Shown here: positions 1 through 12,739 of the stretch, piece after piece | Numbering within the stretch: position 1 is the stretch's first letter | Layout of the letters: every line of letters starts with the position of its first letter | Assembly: GCA_030390025.1 (NCBI GenBank) | Contig: CM059432.1 | Span: 35,714,001 to 35,778,000, forward strand | Direction: 5' to 3' | Origin: Squalus acanthias | Taxonomy: Eukaryota | Length of the DNA stretch: 64,000 nt | Made by a program: the position numbers and the translations under genes | The notes under the pieces: model-generated | Told to the model about the DNA's origin: nothing | Databases searched by the model: none | What the model saw: only the letters and a program-made list of their open reading frames with translations

Positions 1-90
<90 letters not shown>

Positions 91-417
91 TAGTGAAAAG
101 AATGACATTGTAAGAGTGTGTTGGAGCTGCTGACCAGAGCGCTTTTCGGTGATGGGACAAAAGCAAAATCCTCGGATGCTGGAAATTTGAAATAAAAACA
201 GAAAATGCTGGAAATACTCAACAGGTCATGTAGCATCAGTGATGGGAGATTGGTTTGCACTCTCATCCCATTTCATCTCCTCTCCTGCCCCATCTCAGGC
301 AGGGAGAGGGCACGCCAAGGGGAGTCTGGGGGCCGCCTTCTGTGTTTGTTTTTCATGAACTCGCATACTCAATATATGTTGGATGGTCAGATATTGTTTT
401 TAGTTTTTCACTGGTCT

Positions 418-1108
<691 letters not shown>

Positions 1109-1184
1109 TAAGTTAGTATCATTTAGTGCCTCGGATGTTGAAGCTGAGCAGGATCCGTCTGCTGTCCACCCTGTATATGTAGCC

Positions 1185-1490
1185 TCCTTCACCCTGCAAC
1201 CCTCAGAGAACTCTGCGTGCCTCCGACTCTGGTCTTTTGTCCATCCCCCACTTCTTTCACCCCATCATTGGTGGCTGTGCCTTCAGCCATCTAGGCCCTA
1301 AGCTCAGGAATTCCCTCTCCGCCTCTCCCTCCTCCTTTAAAACCCTCCTTAAAACCTACCTCTTTGACCAAACTTTTAATATCTCCTTCTTTGGCTGGGT
1401 ATCAGCTTTGGCCAATTCCACTCCTGTGAAGCGCCTTGGGATGTTTTCTGCATTAAAGACACCTTATAACTGTAAGTTGTTGTTGTTGTT
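1185..1490 (+). mobile_element. L2-type LINE 3' end (similar copy at 42125-42345)
   Basis: GGCAFSHLGPKLRNSL...FKTLLKTYLF peptide and a (ttg)n tail; tail resembles that of the Deu-SINEs. Confidence 0.65.
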
Positions 1491-2879
1491 GAGGCTGGAG
1501 CAGCAATTGTGGCCCTACAATTAACCTCGGAACCTGTGGTCTAGGGTAGTATTGTCTAACAGGTTAGCTACTAATCACATGCGGCTAATTGGGAATCTAG
1601 ATGTGGATAATTGTATTTCTAATTAGTAATTAAAAAATGAGTAACAGACACTATCGTTAGGCACGTGATCGTAATACTCATAATCACGGCGTATGCACGT
1701 GGATTGTTAACCTTTTTGTACATTTGTTGGTAAAATGGTAAGACAAGAAATAGTGTGCGCGCGCACGAGTGTTTTTTGATCGTTGAGTGCTTTACTTCCT
1801 TAGTCACTGAATGGTGCTCAATGTTTAAGTAAAATATACACACATGAAGTGCATGTACCTGCATTGTGTGAATGTGTGTAAGGCGCTTTCTATTAAAAAT
1901 AGTGCATATGGCTAAAACAGTGTTGCCGTAGTCACACCTATAGCTAGGTGATGATTTCTACTTGGCAACACTGGTCTAGGGAGGGAAGAAATATAAGCCG
2001 GGATTTGTGCTCCTCCTAGCTTTCTAGAGGCCTTTGCTGGTGAGTGTGTGCCTGGATGCTGTGTGTATGTACATGTTTGTGTATATAAAATGTTGGATGT
2101 GGACAGAATCGGGCTCTATTGTGACGCCCCTTCGGCTGTGGTCAAATTACCTGCTGACAGTCACTCTCTTAAGATGTGGTCCCAATTCAGGCCCGAGTTG
2201 GACCTGTGAGATCAAATGCCATTTCTCAAAGAGCATGACCACAAGTAGCCAGTTTGAAGCAAGGCCTGTGCTGTCAAATATCTAACGGAGTGGTACTATT
2301 TTTGCAGGGGAGGAGGAGGGAAAGGAATAGCTTCATTCCAAAGTACTCTCCATCCATCCTTCAGATATTGTAACAAATACATCAGAAACATCATATTCAG
2401 AGCATGTAAATACACTGATCACTGTAGTACTAACCCATAGAGAGTATAAGGTCCTGATTCGATCCCAGTTTGAGCTGCATTAGCTGATCTTCACTTTAGC
2501 AGCAATTCGGGTGCTGCACTTTTTTTAATTCATTCTCGGGATGTGGGTAGCGCTGGCAAGGCCAGCATTTATTATCCATCCCTAGTTGCCCTGGGTAGGT
2601 GGTGGTGGGCCTTCTTAAAGCGGTTTGATACAACTGAGTGACTTGCTAGGCCACTACAGAGGGCATTTAAGACTCCACCACATTGTTGTGGGTCTGGAGT
2701 CACTCACAAGCCAGACCAGGGAAGGACGGCAGGTTTCCTAATGGACATTCGTGAACCAGTTGGGTTTTTAAACTGATACCAGGTTTTTATTTCCAGAATT
2801 TTAAACTGAATTCAAATTCTCAAACTGCCATGGTTAGCAAAAATGAAATTTTAGCCTCAATTTGTTTCTTCTTCTACAG

Positions 2880-3041
2880 GATGGCACAGTCATTGTGCAC
2901 ACAGTTCGGCGAGGTCAGTTCATGCGAACCCTGCGGCCCCCCTGTGAAAGCACGCTGCCCTTGACCATCAGTGACCTTGTCGTTGGACATGAGGGCCAGA
3001 TCGTTGTCCACAGTACCATAGAAAGCAGGGCTTCATCAAAG
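2880..3041 (+). CDS. NBEAL2: NBEAL2 coding exon (WD40)
   Basis: cttctacag| acceptor; DGTVIVHTVRRGQFMRTLRPPCESTLPLTISDLVVGHEGQIVVHSTIESRASSK; |gtaac donor; 162 bp. Confidence 0.93.
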
Positions 3042-3682
3042 GTAACAACACAACTCTCAAATCAACATGCATCAAACTTTTTCTTGTTCCTTGAGAAACA
3101 CAAGAAAGAATCATAGGAGTGACAATGGCATTAGTACTTGTGGTAATAGTCAGGGTATAACACAAGCTTGGACTACAATACCTCAGTAATAGCTGGGTTG
3201 GGTGAATGAAACCAGAAGATCGACAGGATAGAAGAAAATGCTCGTAATCTGATGGCCAACTCCCACTTTTAACCTCTAACGCCCCTCTGCATCATGGTTT
3301 TCTCAGCTTTATTTTATCCATCATACTATGGGAACAGCTCCTTTAATTCTTTCTCTCCTGTTCCTCCCACCATCTCCCTAAACACTCTTCCTCATCTCTG
3401 GCCTCTCGCTCTGCTGAAATCAAGACTCATCGCAACATCTCCTTATTCTTTCCCGGGACCTCAAAACTGTGGAGCTCCTTACCTCCTTCATTCATCCATT
3501 CCTTTTACAATCCATGGGTTATTTTTTAAACCCAAGCATGCTGTCATCAAATCAATACTCGATTCATCTTGGCCACCCGTGCAGAATACCTCTTCACAAC
3601 ATCTTTAAGAGGGGTTTGACCAAAAGGCCAGCCCGTCTTTTCCCTCTACAAGTGCTGACTCATCTTGTGTATTTCCACAATT

Positions 3683-4025
3683 GTGTCAATTTGGCTCAGT
3701 AGTAGTGCACTCTCCTTTGTTCCATATAGCCCTCGAGGCTAACACTTCAGTGCAGTACTGAGGGAGCGCTGCATTGTTGGAAGTGCTGTCTTTCGGATGA
3801 GACATTAACTGAAACCCCATCTGTCTGTTCAGGTGGACATAAAAAAAATCCCATGGAACTATTTGAAGAAAAGCAAGGGAGTTCTCCTTGTGTCCTGGTC
3901 AACCTACTTATCCCTCAACCAATAACAGCAGCAAAAATAGATTAATTGGTCATTTATGTCATTGCTGTTTGTGGGAATTTGCTGAGCACAAATTGGATGC
4001 AGTGTTTGCCTAAATAGAAACACTG
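3683..4025 (+). repeat. Deu-domain SINE
   Basis: tgcagtactgagggagcgctgc...ctttcggatgagac...caggtggac core. Confidence 0.75.
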
Positions 4026-4597
4026 GGGTAGATTTTGACTTGAACGGCCGACCGGCAGAGCGCACTGGTCAGCCACACGTTCCGCCGGCAAAGTGGCCCT
4101 ACCTGATTTTGAGGCTCTGCCGTCATTTACATTTGCCAGGTGAGCTGCAGGGCGCCAAACAGGCATCCCAATGCAGCTCACCAGATTCAGCAAAGGAAAA
4201 CGGACTGGAGCTGCCACCATGGAGATAAATGGTGGGGGTGGGGGGTCATTGTGATCGCTGAGGATGGGTGCCTAGGGGCTGCAGTGGCCCAGATTATTTT
4301 AGTGGGCCCTGGAGGAGCACTCTTGCTCCCACAGAAATAATTCAAAACTTACCTTATCTGTTGCATCGCCCATTGCACAGTTCCTATCTAAAATGACAAC
4401 CAGGGTCCTAGTTACCTCAAAGGACCCCAATTTATATATTAAAAGGGGCCTGTGTCATATACTGTATCCCAAAAATGTTATTTTATTAAAGAAATCTAGT
4501 TAATTTGCATTTGAATGAATAAACATTACAGTATCTGCTTCCACCGTCTCCCTAGGCAGTCTGTTCCATAGATTGGCCACTCGCTCACTGAAATAAT

Positions 4598-5369
4598 GGC
4601 CCGGATTTTATGGTAGGAATAACGGTGAGGCTATCAGCGTTCACCGTTATTAAATCGGACAGCAACTTCCAGCGTTCGCACATGCACTGTTAAACACGGA
4701 AATCAGGAAGTTGCTGTCCGATTTGCCCTGCTCCTCCATAAGCTTCACTACACCGGTACCTCGCGGAGAGATTCGGCATTCAAACACATGAAGGATGTTA
4801 AGTTGCGGTACTAACCCACTAGATACCTATTAAACACACCAGAAAAGGTTAGGGCCTGTCCATTCAAGCGTACGTGAATTTTTAATGGCGTGATAAGTCT
4901 TAATTACTACCAAACAACTTCTTTGGCACTTAAAATTTACTTTTACAAGTGTGGAGTCTCATTCCTTCAGATTTTAATTATTGTTGGAGATTATTTTAAA
5001 AAAATTTAAATTATTTTTTTTTACTTTTTCTTTTTGTCTCTTTTATCTCTCTCTCTTAACCTCATCTTTCTTTCCCTCTCTTTATTTTGCTTTCTGTACA
5101 TGATTTTACATTGAATTAAATATTGCAACTTACACTTCCTGGTTTATGCTGCGTGTCTCAGTAAGGATTCTTCAATCTTGTTGGTTGAAGAGACACGCTG
5201 TTTGATTGCCCTGTTCACAGAGGTCCACACCCCCAATAGAGGGCACGTGCTGAAATGACTCTAATTAATGTAAATTGCCGCACAAAAGCCCCCTAAAAGT
5301 TTGTGGGCAGCTTCAAGAATAATCAACGACAAGCGCCATTCGTTCGCCGCTGACCGCAAAACCCCGGCC
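4598..5369. mobile_element. Harbinger-type MITE
   Basis: Ends ggcccggatttt / aaaaccccggcc; 3-bp flanks AAT/AAT; non-coding. Confidence 0.7.
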
Positions 5370-5372
5370 AAT

Positions 5373-6102
5373 GGCCCAGAAATTGCTGGAGCAGGGCCCT
5401 GTTAGCTAGACTTATTCTGGCATCCTTCAGCTCTAAATAGTTTTGCCCACCCACAAAGTTGCTGGAAGTGCGAGGGCAACAGGGCATTTGGGACCTTGGT
5501 GAACAAGATAAACAGTGTATCTCCTTAACCAATAAGATTATAAGATTGAGAAATAAACAAAAGAAGGACCGAGAAGGAGGCTGAATTGGAATGAGTGAAT
5601 TCAACGTCAAATGAGATACAGAAAGAGAAATAAAGTGAAAGATTGGATTAAGAGAGAGAGAAAAAGGAGACAACGGAAAAGTAAGAAAAAAGATTAAAAT
5701 CTGACGTTTTTAAAATCTCCAACAACAATTCACTACCTAAAGGAATGAGATTCCAGACTTTTAATTGTTCACTTTCATGGGCAAGAGAGGTTGATTGGCA
5801 GTCATCAACAATTATCATGTTGTTAAAGGGTACTTGCTATTAATTACTAGACTTATCTTTCTGTGGTGAGTTTAATGGGCAATTAATGTGCAACTACAGC
5901 AACTTAAAAAAAAATGGGGTTTTTAAGGGTGAAATGCCCTTTTCGCAAAGCTAACAGCGTAGCAGCACAAATCAGCCAGCAACTTGTGGCAATTCACAAT
6001 TCACGAGGTATCTCTTCCTTACTACAAGTTGGTAGCCGATTTGCGCATTAATAATGGCATGCGTCGTTCAGACGCTGTTATTTTTTCAGCAAGTTCTGGG
6101 CC
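5373..6102. mobile_element. Related Harbinger-type MITE in the opposite orientation
   Basis: TIR ggcccagaaattgctg / cagcaagttctgggcc (15/16); flanks AAT/ATT; interior resembles the reverse complement of 4598-5369. Confidence 0.7.
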
Positions 6103-6507
6103 ATTGTTTTTGCAGATAAGTTTTGAATTTACGCCTCTTTAAGCACAGATGGAAAGGTGCCAGGTTCGACCCCTGGTTTGTGCTGAGTTAGCTGAACTCT
6201 TCTGTTACTATAATGTTTTGAGCCTACAGAACTCAACGTGCGTTTCAGTCTCTTGATTCTTCAGCAGCGATCCACAGACTGGCTTAATGCTGAGATCGTG
6301 TAAATGTAGTAGAGCAGGTGTTGGGAATTGGGTACAGTAGCGTAGTGCTTATATTACTGGTTTGAGATTATCTACATTTTTACTTCCCACCTGACCCAAA
6401 CCCACCTGTTTTTGGTGATTAAAATTCCCCACAAGCATTCTACTACTGAGCCAAGGCTGACACTACCATACCCAAATGTCAATTTCATATCGTAATCCTT
6501 CTATGTA

Positions 6508-9220
6508 GGAAACATAGGAACAGGGGTAGGCCATTCAGTTAAATCATGGATGATCTGTATCTTAACTCCATCTACCTGCCTTGGATCTGTAACCCTTAAT
6601 ACCCTTGCCTAACAAAATTCTATTCATCTCAGTTTCGAAATTTTCAATTGACCTAGTCTCAACAGCTTTTTGGGAGAGAGAGTTCCAGATTTCCACTATC
6701 ATTGTGTGAAGAAGTGCTTTCTGACCTCACCCATGAACAGCCTAGCTCTAATTTTAAGTTTATCCCCCTTGTTCTGGACTCCCCCACCAGTGGAAATAGT
6801 TTCTCTCTATCTACCCTTTGATCATCTTAAATACCTCAATTAGATCACCCCTTAATCTTCTTTATTCAAGGGAATACAAACCTAGTCTATGCAACCTGTC
6901 CTCATAATTTAACCCTTTTAGCCTTGATATCATTCTAATGAATCTGCGCTGCACCCTCTCCAAGGCCAGTGTATCCTTCCTGAGGTGCGGCGCCCAGAAC
7001 TGAACGCAGTACTTCAGATGGGGTCTAACCAGAGCTCTGTACAGCTGTAGCATAACTTCCACCCCTTTGTATTCCAGCCATCTTGAGATAAAGGCCAATA
7101 TTCCATTAGTCTTTCTAATTATTTTTGTACCTGTCCACTAGCTTTTAGTGATTTATGTACTTTGACCCCTAAATCTCTCTGCTCTTCCACAGTTCAAAGT
7201 ATCACCAAGTATTTACAGCACAGAAACAGGCCAGTCGGCGCAACAGGTCGATGCCGGTGTTTATGCTCCACATGAGCCTCCTCTTACCCCATTTCATATA
7301 ACCCTATCAACATATCCTTCTATTCCTTTTTCCCTCATGTGTTTATCTAGCTTCCCCTTGAATGCATCTATGCTATTCGCCTCAACTACTCCTGTGGTAG
7401 TGAAGTCCACATTCTAACCACTCTGGGTAAAGAGGCTTCTCCTAAATTCTCTATTGGATTTATTGGTGACTATCTTATATTTATGGCCCCTAGTTCTGGT
7501 CTCGCCCTCAAGTAGAAACGTCTTCTCTACATCTACCCTATCAAACCCTTTCATAATCTTAAAGACCTCTATCAGGTCACCCCTCAGTCTTCTCTTTTCG
7601 AGAGAAAAGAGCCCCAGCCTGTTCAATCTTTCCTGATAGGTGTAACCTCTCAGTTTTTGGTATCATTCTAGTAAAAAAAATGTTGTACCTTCTCCAGTGC
7701 CTCTATATCCTTGTTATATTATGGAGACCAGAACTGTTCACAGTACTTCAAGTGTGGTCTAACCAAGGTTCTATACAAGTTGAACGTAACTTCTCTGCTT
7801 TTCAATTCTATCCCTCTAGAATTGAACCCACCTGCTTTGTTTGCTTTTTTTATGGCCTCATTAACCTGCGTCACTACTTTTAGTGATCTACGTATCTGTA
7901 CCCCCGGGTCCCTCTGTTCCTCTATCCCATTTAGACACTTATTTTCCGAGAAGTATGTGGCCTTCTTATTTTTCCTAACAAAATGTACTATCTCGCATTT
8001 ATCTATATTGAAGTTAATTTGTCAATTACATGCCCATTCTGCAAGTTTATTACTGTCTTCCTGTATTTTGTCGCAGTCCTCCTCTGCGTTAACTACACCT
8101 CCCAATTTGGTGTCATCCGCAAAATTTGAAATTGTACTTCCGATTCCCGAGGCCAAATCGCTTATGTAAATAGTGAACAACAGTGGTCCCAGCACAGATC
8201 CTTGTGGAACACCACTTCCTACCATTTGCCAATCTGTGTAACTACCTTTAACCTTTACTCTATGTTTTCTGCTTTGTAGCCAGCTTGCTATCCATTCTGC
8301 TACTTGTCCCCTGACTCCATATGTCCTGACCTTAGTCATGAGTCTACTATGCGGTACCTTATCAAAGGCTTTTTGGAAATCCAAATATATTACATCTATT
8401 ACATTTCTTCAAAGAATTCAATAAGGTTGGTCAAGCATGACCTTCCCTTTTGGAATCCGTGCTGACTATTTATTATATTTTCAGTTTCTAGATGTTATAT
8501 TATAACTTTGAGTAAGGGTTCCATTATCTTTCCTACCACCGACATTAAGCTAATTGCTCTACAGTTCCCTGGACTTGTTCTATCTCCCTTTTTATATATA
8601 GGAATCATATTAGCTGAGGCCCCAGTACAGATCCCTGGGGCTCACCACTAGTCACATCCTGCCAATTTGAGTGCATACCCATTATCCCTACTCTTTGTCT
8701 CCTACCTTCTAAATAATTTCCTATCCAAGCCAATAGGTTGCCTCTAATTCCATGCGCTCTCATTTCTGATCCTCGCTTCTCGCCATTTTGAAAATTCTCT
8801 GATCTATCTTTCTTTGGTCCAAAGTGGTCACTCCGTCCCTAATGAAAGATTCTAGTAATTTCCCCATAACTGACGTTAGACTAATAGGCCTATTATTTCC
8901 TAGTTTATCTCTTCTACCCTTCTTAATAATGGAGTGATATTGGCAGTTTTCCAATACAAAGGGTTAACTCCTGAATCGAGCGAGCTTTGGAAGATCATGA
9001 ATAATGCATCAACAATTTCCTCACCTACTTCTTTTAATACCCTGGAGTGGAAATCATCGGGCCCTGGAGATTTATCTATCTTTAGTCTCAGTAGTTTCTC
9101 CATTACCATTTTTAAAAAACTTATATTGAATCTAGTTAGTTCCTCCCCATGATTTATTTTATTTTTCCTCATATCTCTGGTACTTTATCCTCATCTTCTA
9201 CTGTGAAGACCGATACATTT
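6508..9220 (-). mobile_element. Mosaic of nested CR1 LINE fragments
   Basis: Minus-strand RT peptides (DFQKAFDKVPH, GVPQGSVLGP, FADDTKLGG, RPHLKYCVQFW); two separate 3' ends at ~6508 and ~7200. Confidence 0.88.
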
Positions 9221-9377
9221 GTGTGAAGAATTAGCGATAAATTGGCCTTTTAGCGATTTGAATCAGTGTCCCTTCATCTTACTGTCAGTTTAAGTAGTCT
9301 TCTGTGCTATTTAATATCCCATGTCAGCCATCTCCTTTCTTCAGTCTCTCCTCAGTCTGTCATTTTTTTAAATCTAG

Positions 9378-9526
9378 GATAAAATCTTCTTGCACCTCTA
9401 TTCTGTGAACGGCAAGCACCTGGCCTCCGTGACGATGGATGAGCAGGTGTCCGCAATGTGCATCGTTGAAGAGTTCGTGGTGCTGGGCACTGAGCAGTGC
9501 TCACTGTATGTCCGGGACCTTCAGAG
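9378..9526 (+). CDS. NBEAL2: NBEAL2 coding exon
   Basis: aatctag| acceptor; DKIFLHLYSVNGKHLASVTMDEQVSAMCIVEEFVVLGTEQCSLYVRDLQ; ag|gtaagg donor in phase 2, compatible with the next exon. Confidence 0.92.
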
Positions 9527-9794
9527 GTAAGGTGCTCCAGGCTTCCACTTCATTATGTGTGGCACAAAGGAGAGATCTGCTTCGCACTGAACTTCGGGGA
9601 GGGTGAAATCTTGGAGAAACATCATCAACTCAAATTTTTAAAAAATGTTGTAAATACATTTATTGGCACGCCATGGCTCAGTGTGTAAAGGCACTATGAG
9701 GTGTGGTACTGAGCCATACAGATGAAGGTGGTCCCAGGTTCGATTCCCAGTCAGTGCTGAGTTCCAGCTAAGCTGGGTGTTGGCCAAACGAGTT

Positions 9795-9965
9795 AAACTG
9801 AGAATGCTGATGGGACAGTGTAGCGGGGTTTTTACTCTGTTGCTCTGGGAGTGTCTGATGGGACAATGTACAAGAAGCTTTACTTTGTTAAGTGACCCGT
9901 GCTGTACCTGAACTGGGAGTGTTTGATGGAGCAGTGTAGAGGGAGCTTTACTCTGTATCTAATCT
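9795..9965 (+). repeat. Degenerate tandem repeat, 3 units of ~50-70 bp
   Basis: Unit core gggagtgtttgatgggacagtgtagagggagctttactctgt repeated with variation. Confidence 0.7.
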
Positions 9966-10194
9966 ATTCCAAATTTGGCCCAATTATTTCACTCCATTGT
10001 CAGCCTGATGAGTATCCTGAATATTTTCTTCACAATGTAAGGACTGACATTCCATACTCTGGTGGCAGGCGACGCTCACTTTTTCACAGATCTCATGAAC
10101 TGACACGTGACTCTCCAGCTCCGCTTTTGGTCTGTGTATGGCATCAGGTGGAAAAGTAAATGAGAGAGAAACACCACGCTGGTACCGAAATCGG

Positions 10195-10610
10195 GGCAGG
10201 AAAGATATATTGGCCTTTGAGTGGCGCAGATTCGCCTGAATAACACAGGGGCATAAAGGGTTAAATTGTGAGGACGGGTCGCATAAACGTGGCTTGTATT
10301 CCCTGGTTTGGAAAGTTGAGGGGTGAGCTAATCAAGGTGTTTAAAATGATAAAGGGATTTGATAGGGTAGATACAGAGAAACTAATTCCTCTGGTGGGGA
10401 ATTCAGAACAAGAGGGCACAATCTTTAAATTAGAGCTCGGCCATTTAGAAAATCAGGAAACTAATTTTCACACAAAGGGTAGTGGAAATCTGTAATTCTC
10501 TCCCTCAAAAGGCTGTGGTTGCTGGGTCAATTGAAACTTTCAAATTGAGTTTGATAGATTTCTGTTGGGTAAGGGTATCAAGGGATATGGACCAAAGGTG
10601 GGTAAATGGA
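10195..10610 (+). mobile_element. CR1 3' fragment (continues at 15064-15155)
   Basis: LRGELIKVFKMIKGFDRVD; 3' UTR resumes after the nested insertions. Confidence 0.75.
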
Positions 10611-11220
10611 ATAAAAACAGAAAATGCTGGAAATACTCAGCAGGTCAGGCAGCATCTGTGAAGAGAGAAACAGAGTTAACGGCCGCGATTTTGCCGGCGC
10701 GCAGAGGGTGGGTTTGGAGGCGGATCCGGAGTTAAAATCAAAATGATTGACGGCGGGTTGCGAACCCGCCACCATCCCGCCTCCACGCAACTTTACAAAG
10801 TGTCGGGTCTGCGACTTCCGATCAGACCCGACACCAAGCAGTGGGAGAGCCATTTAAGGCAGTTAACAGCTTATTAACTACCTGGATAATCCTATTATGA
10901 GAGGCTTTTTCCATTTTGCAACATTTTCAGCGTGTTCCACGTTGTTTGACAAATACGCCAGCTGATTGTGTCGGGTACAGCAACAATCTGAATAGTTGAC
11001 AGCTGCAACTGCAACATAAAAGCTGACCTGCACCATGAATTCACTTTCAGATGCCAGAACTTTCTGTTTTGAGGATTTAGAACACATTTTCCAGGTGTAT
11101 TGAGGTTGTAAGTGTTTATTCTGAGATCCATATGCACTGTGACCTCCTTGGAATACCCTCTCCCCACATTGACTGAGCGCTTATAAAATCTCTTCCTCAA
11201 CTGCCATATATACCAGCAGA

Positions 11221-12453
11221 ATGGGAACCATTTATACTCTCTCATCCTGGTCCTCAGAATCGGAGGAAGAGCAGCCACGGCAGCAGCAGAACCAGGCACA
11301 CCAGCAGCACCAACAACCGGAGTGCCAACCTTCTCCTCAGCCACCTGATGCTGCACAGGGCAGAGGGCGTCAGTGCAGGAATGTACCGCGCCGCAGGAGA
11401 TACCCCCAACACAAGGTTTACAGGCCGAGGATGAGCTTCCTCAACATGAGTGAGCAGCAGTGCCAAAGGAGGCTGAGACTTTCGCGAGAGGTAGTCGCTG
11501 ACATTTGCACAATGCTGCAACAACACCTGCAGCCCAGAGAAGCGGGTGGACACTCCTTACCAGTGGCTGTCAAAGTCACCACCGCACTCAACTTCTTTGC
11601 TTCAGGGTCCTTTCAGGGATCAGCAGCAGACATCAGCGGCATTTCCCAGTCGGCCGCACACACTTGCATCACACAGGTTACCGATTCCCTGTTTGCCAAG
11701 TCGCACAATTACATCCACTTCTCAACGGATGAAGCAAGTGTTACCGCACGTGCGGTTGGCTTTGCAAATATGGCAGGCTTCCCAAGGGTGCAGGGCGTCA
11801 TAGACTGCACACATGTGGCCATTAGGGCACCCCATCACAACCCAGCTGTATTTGTGAACCGCACGGGCTTCCACTCCCTTAACGTCCAGCTGGTGTGTAA
11901 CCACAGGAAGAACATTATGCATGTTTGCGCCAAGTTCCCTGGCAGCTGCCATGACTCGTTCATCCTGCGGCAGTCCACTGTGCCTCAGCTGTTCAATCCG
12001 CCGACCCAACTTTCTGGATGGCTCCTTGGAGACAAGGGCTATCCCTTGAAGAAGTGGCTAATGACATCAATGAGGAGGCCATCAAACAAAGCTGAGGAGT
12101 GCTACAATGTGAGCCACATTTCCACCAGAAGCATCATAGAGCAAACCAGAGGCTTGCTCAAAATGCGATTCAGATGCCTGGACAGATCTGGTGGAGCCCG
12201 ACAGTACGCACCAGCCAGGGTGTCCAGAATCATCGTGGTCTGCTGTGCCCTGCACAACATCGCACAGCAGCGTGGCTTAGCGCTGCCTGAGAAACAAGTG
12301 GCTCAGCGCACAGCCTCCTCCTCAGAGGAGGAGCTGAGTGAGGCAGCAGATGAGGAAATCCTTGCGGAGGCGGCTGTGCCAGTGCCACCAGCACGCGAGC
12401 ACATTGCCGGCCATGAGGCAAGGGATACACTAATCCATGCCAGATTCGTGTAA
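11221..12453 (+). CDS. Harbinger DDE transposase (HARBI1-like), uninterrupted 410-aa ORF
   Basis: Motifs [73 protein letters not shown]. Confidence 0.92.
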   Translation: MGTIYTLSSWSSESEEEQPRQQQNQAHQQHQQPECQPSPQPPDAAQGRGRQCRNVPRRRRYPQHKVYRPRMSFLNMSEQQCQRRLRLSREVVADICTMLQQHLQPREAGGHSLPVAVKVTTALNFFASGSFQGSAADISGISQSAAHTCITQVTDSLFAKSHNYIHFSTDEASVTARAVGFANMAGFPRVQGVIDCTHVAIRAPHHNPAVFVNRTGFHSLNVQLVCNHRKNIMHVCAKFPGSCHDSFILRQSTVPQLFNPPTQLSGWLLGDKGYPLKKWLMTSMRRPSNKAEECYNVSHISTRSIIEQTRGLLKMRFRCLDRSGGARQYAPARVSRIIVVCCALHNIAQQRGLALPEKQVAQRTASSSEEELSEAADEEILAEAAVPVPPAREHIAGHEARDTLIHARFV

Positions 12454-12739
12454 CTTTACGCAGCACTCACATGTGGCTGGCACATGGATATGAGTATTTG
12501 CACGACCTTCTTAACACACCATACACAATCTGTACAATAAACTGCGGGTTCCCATCACTCTCCCCACCATCACTGCAGATGAAAGGCGCCCTGACCCCTC
12601 ACTGTGCAACTTCCATTTCTGAGCACACATAGGCCAACTCTTTGAATCTTTGATATCGCATTTCTTTAATACCATTGAAATAATGATGACTAATGTAACT
12701 TTGAATTATATCAAAACATCCAAGTGACTACCCTTGTGA

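Noticed and set aside
9795..9965. Spaced repeats suggesting a CRISPR array or ribozyme tandem
   Set aside because: Vertebrate intron, degenerate units without unique spacers, no cas genes, and no twister or hammerhead core on either strand
11221..12453. Host HARBI1 gene
   Set aside because: Enclosed by TIRs and a TSD with a Myb partner, so it is a transposon copy rather than the domesticated gene
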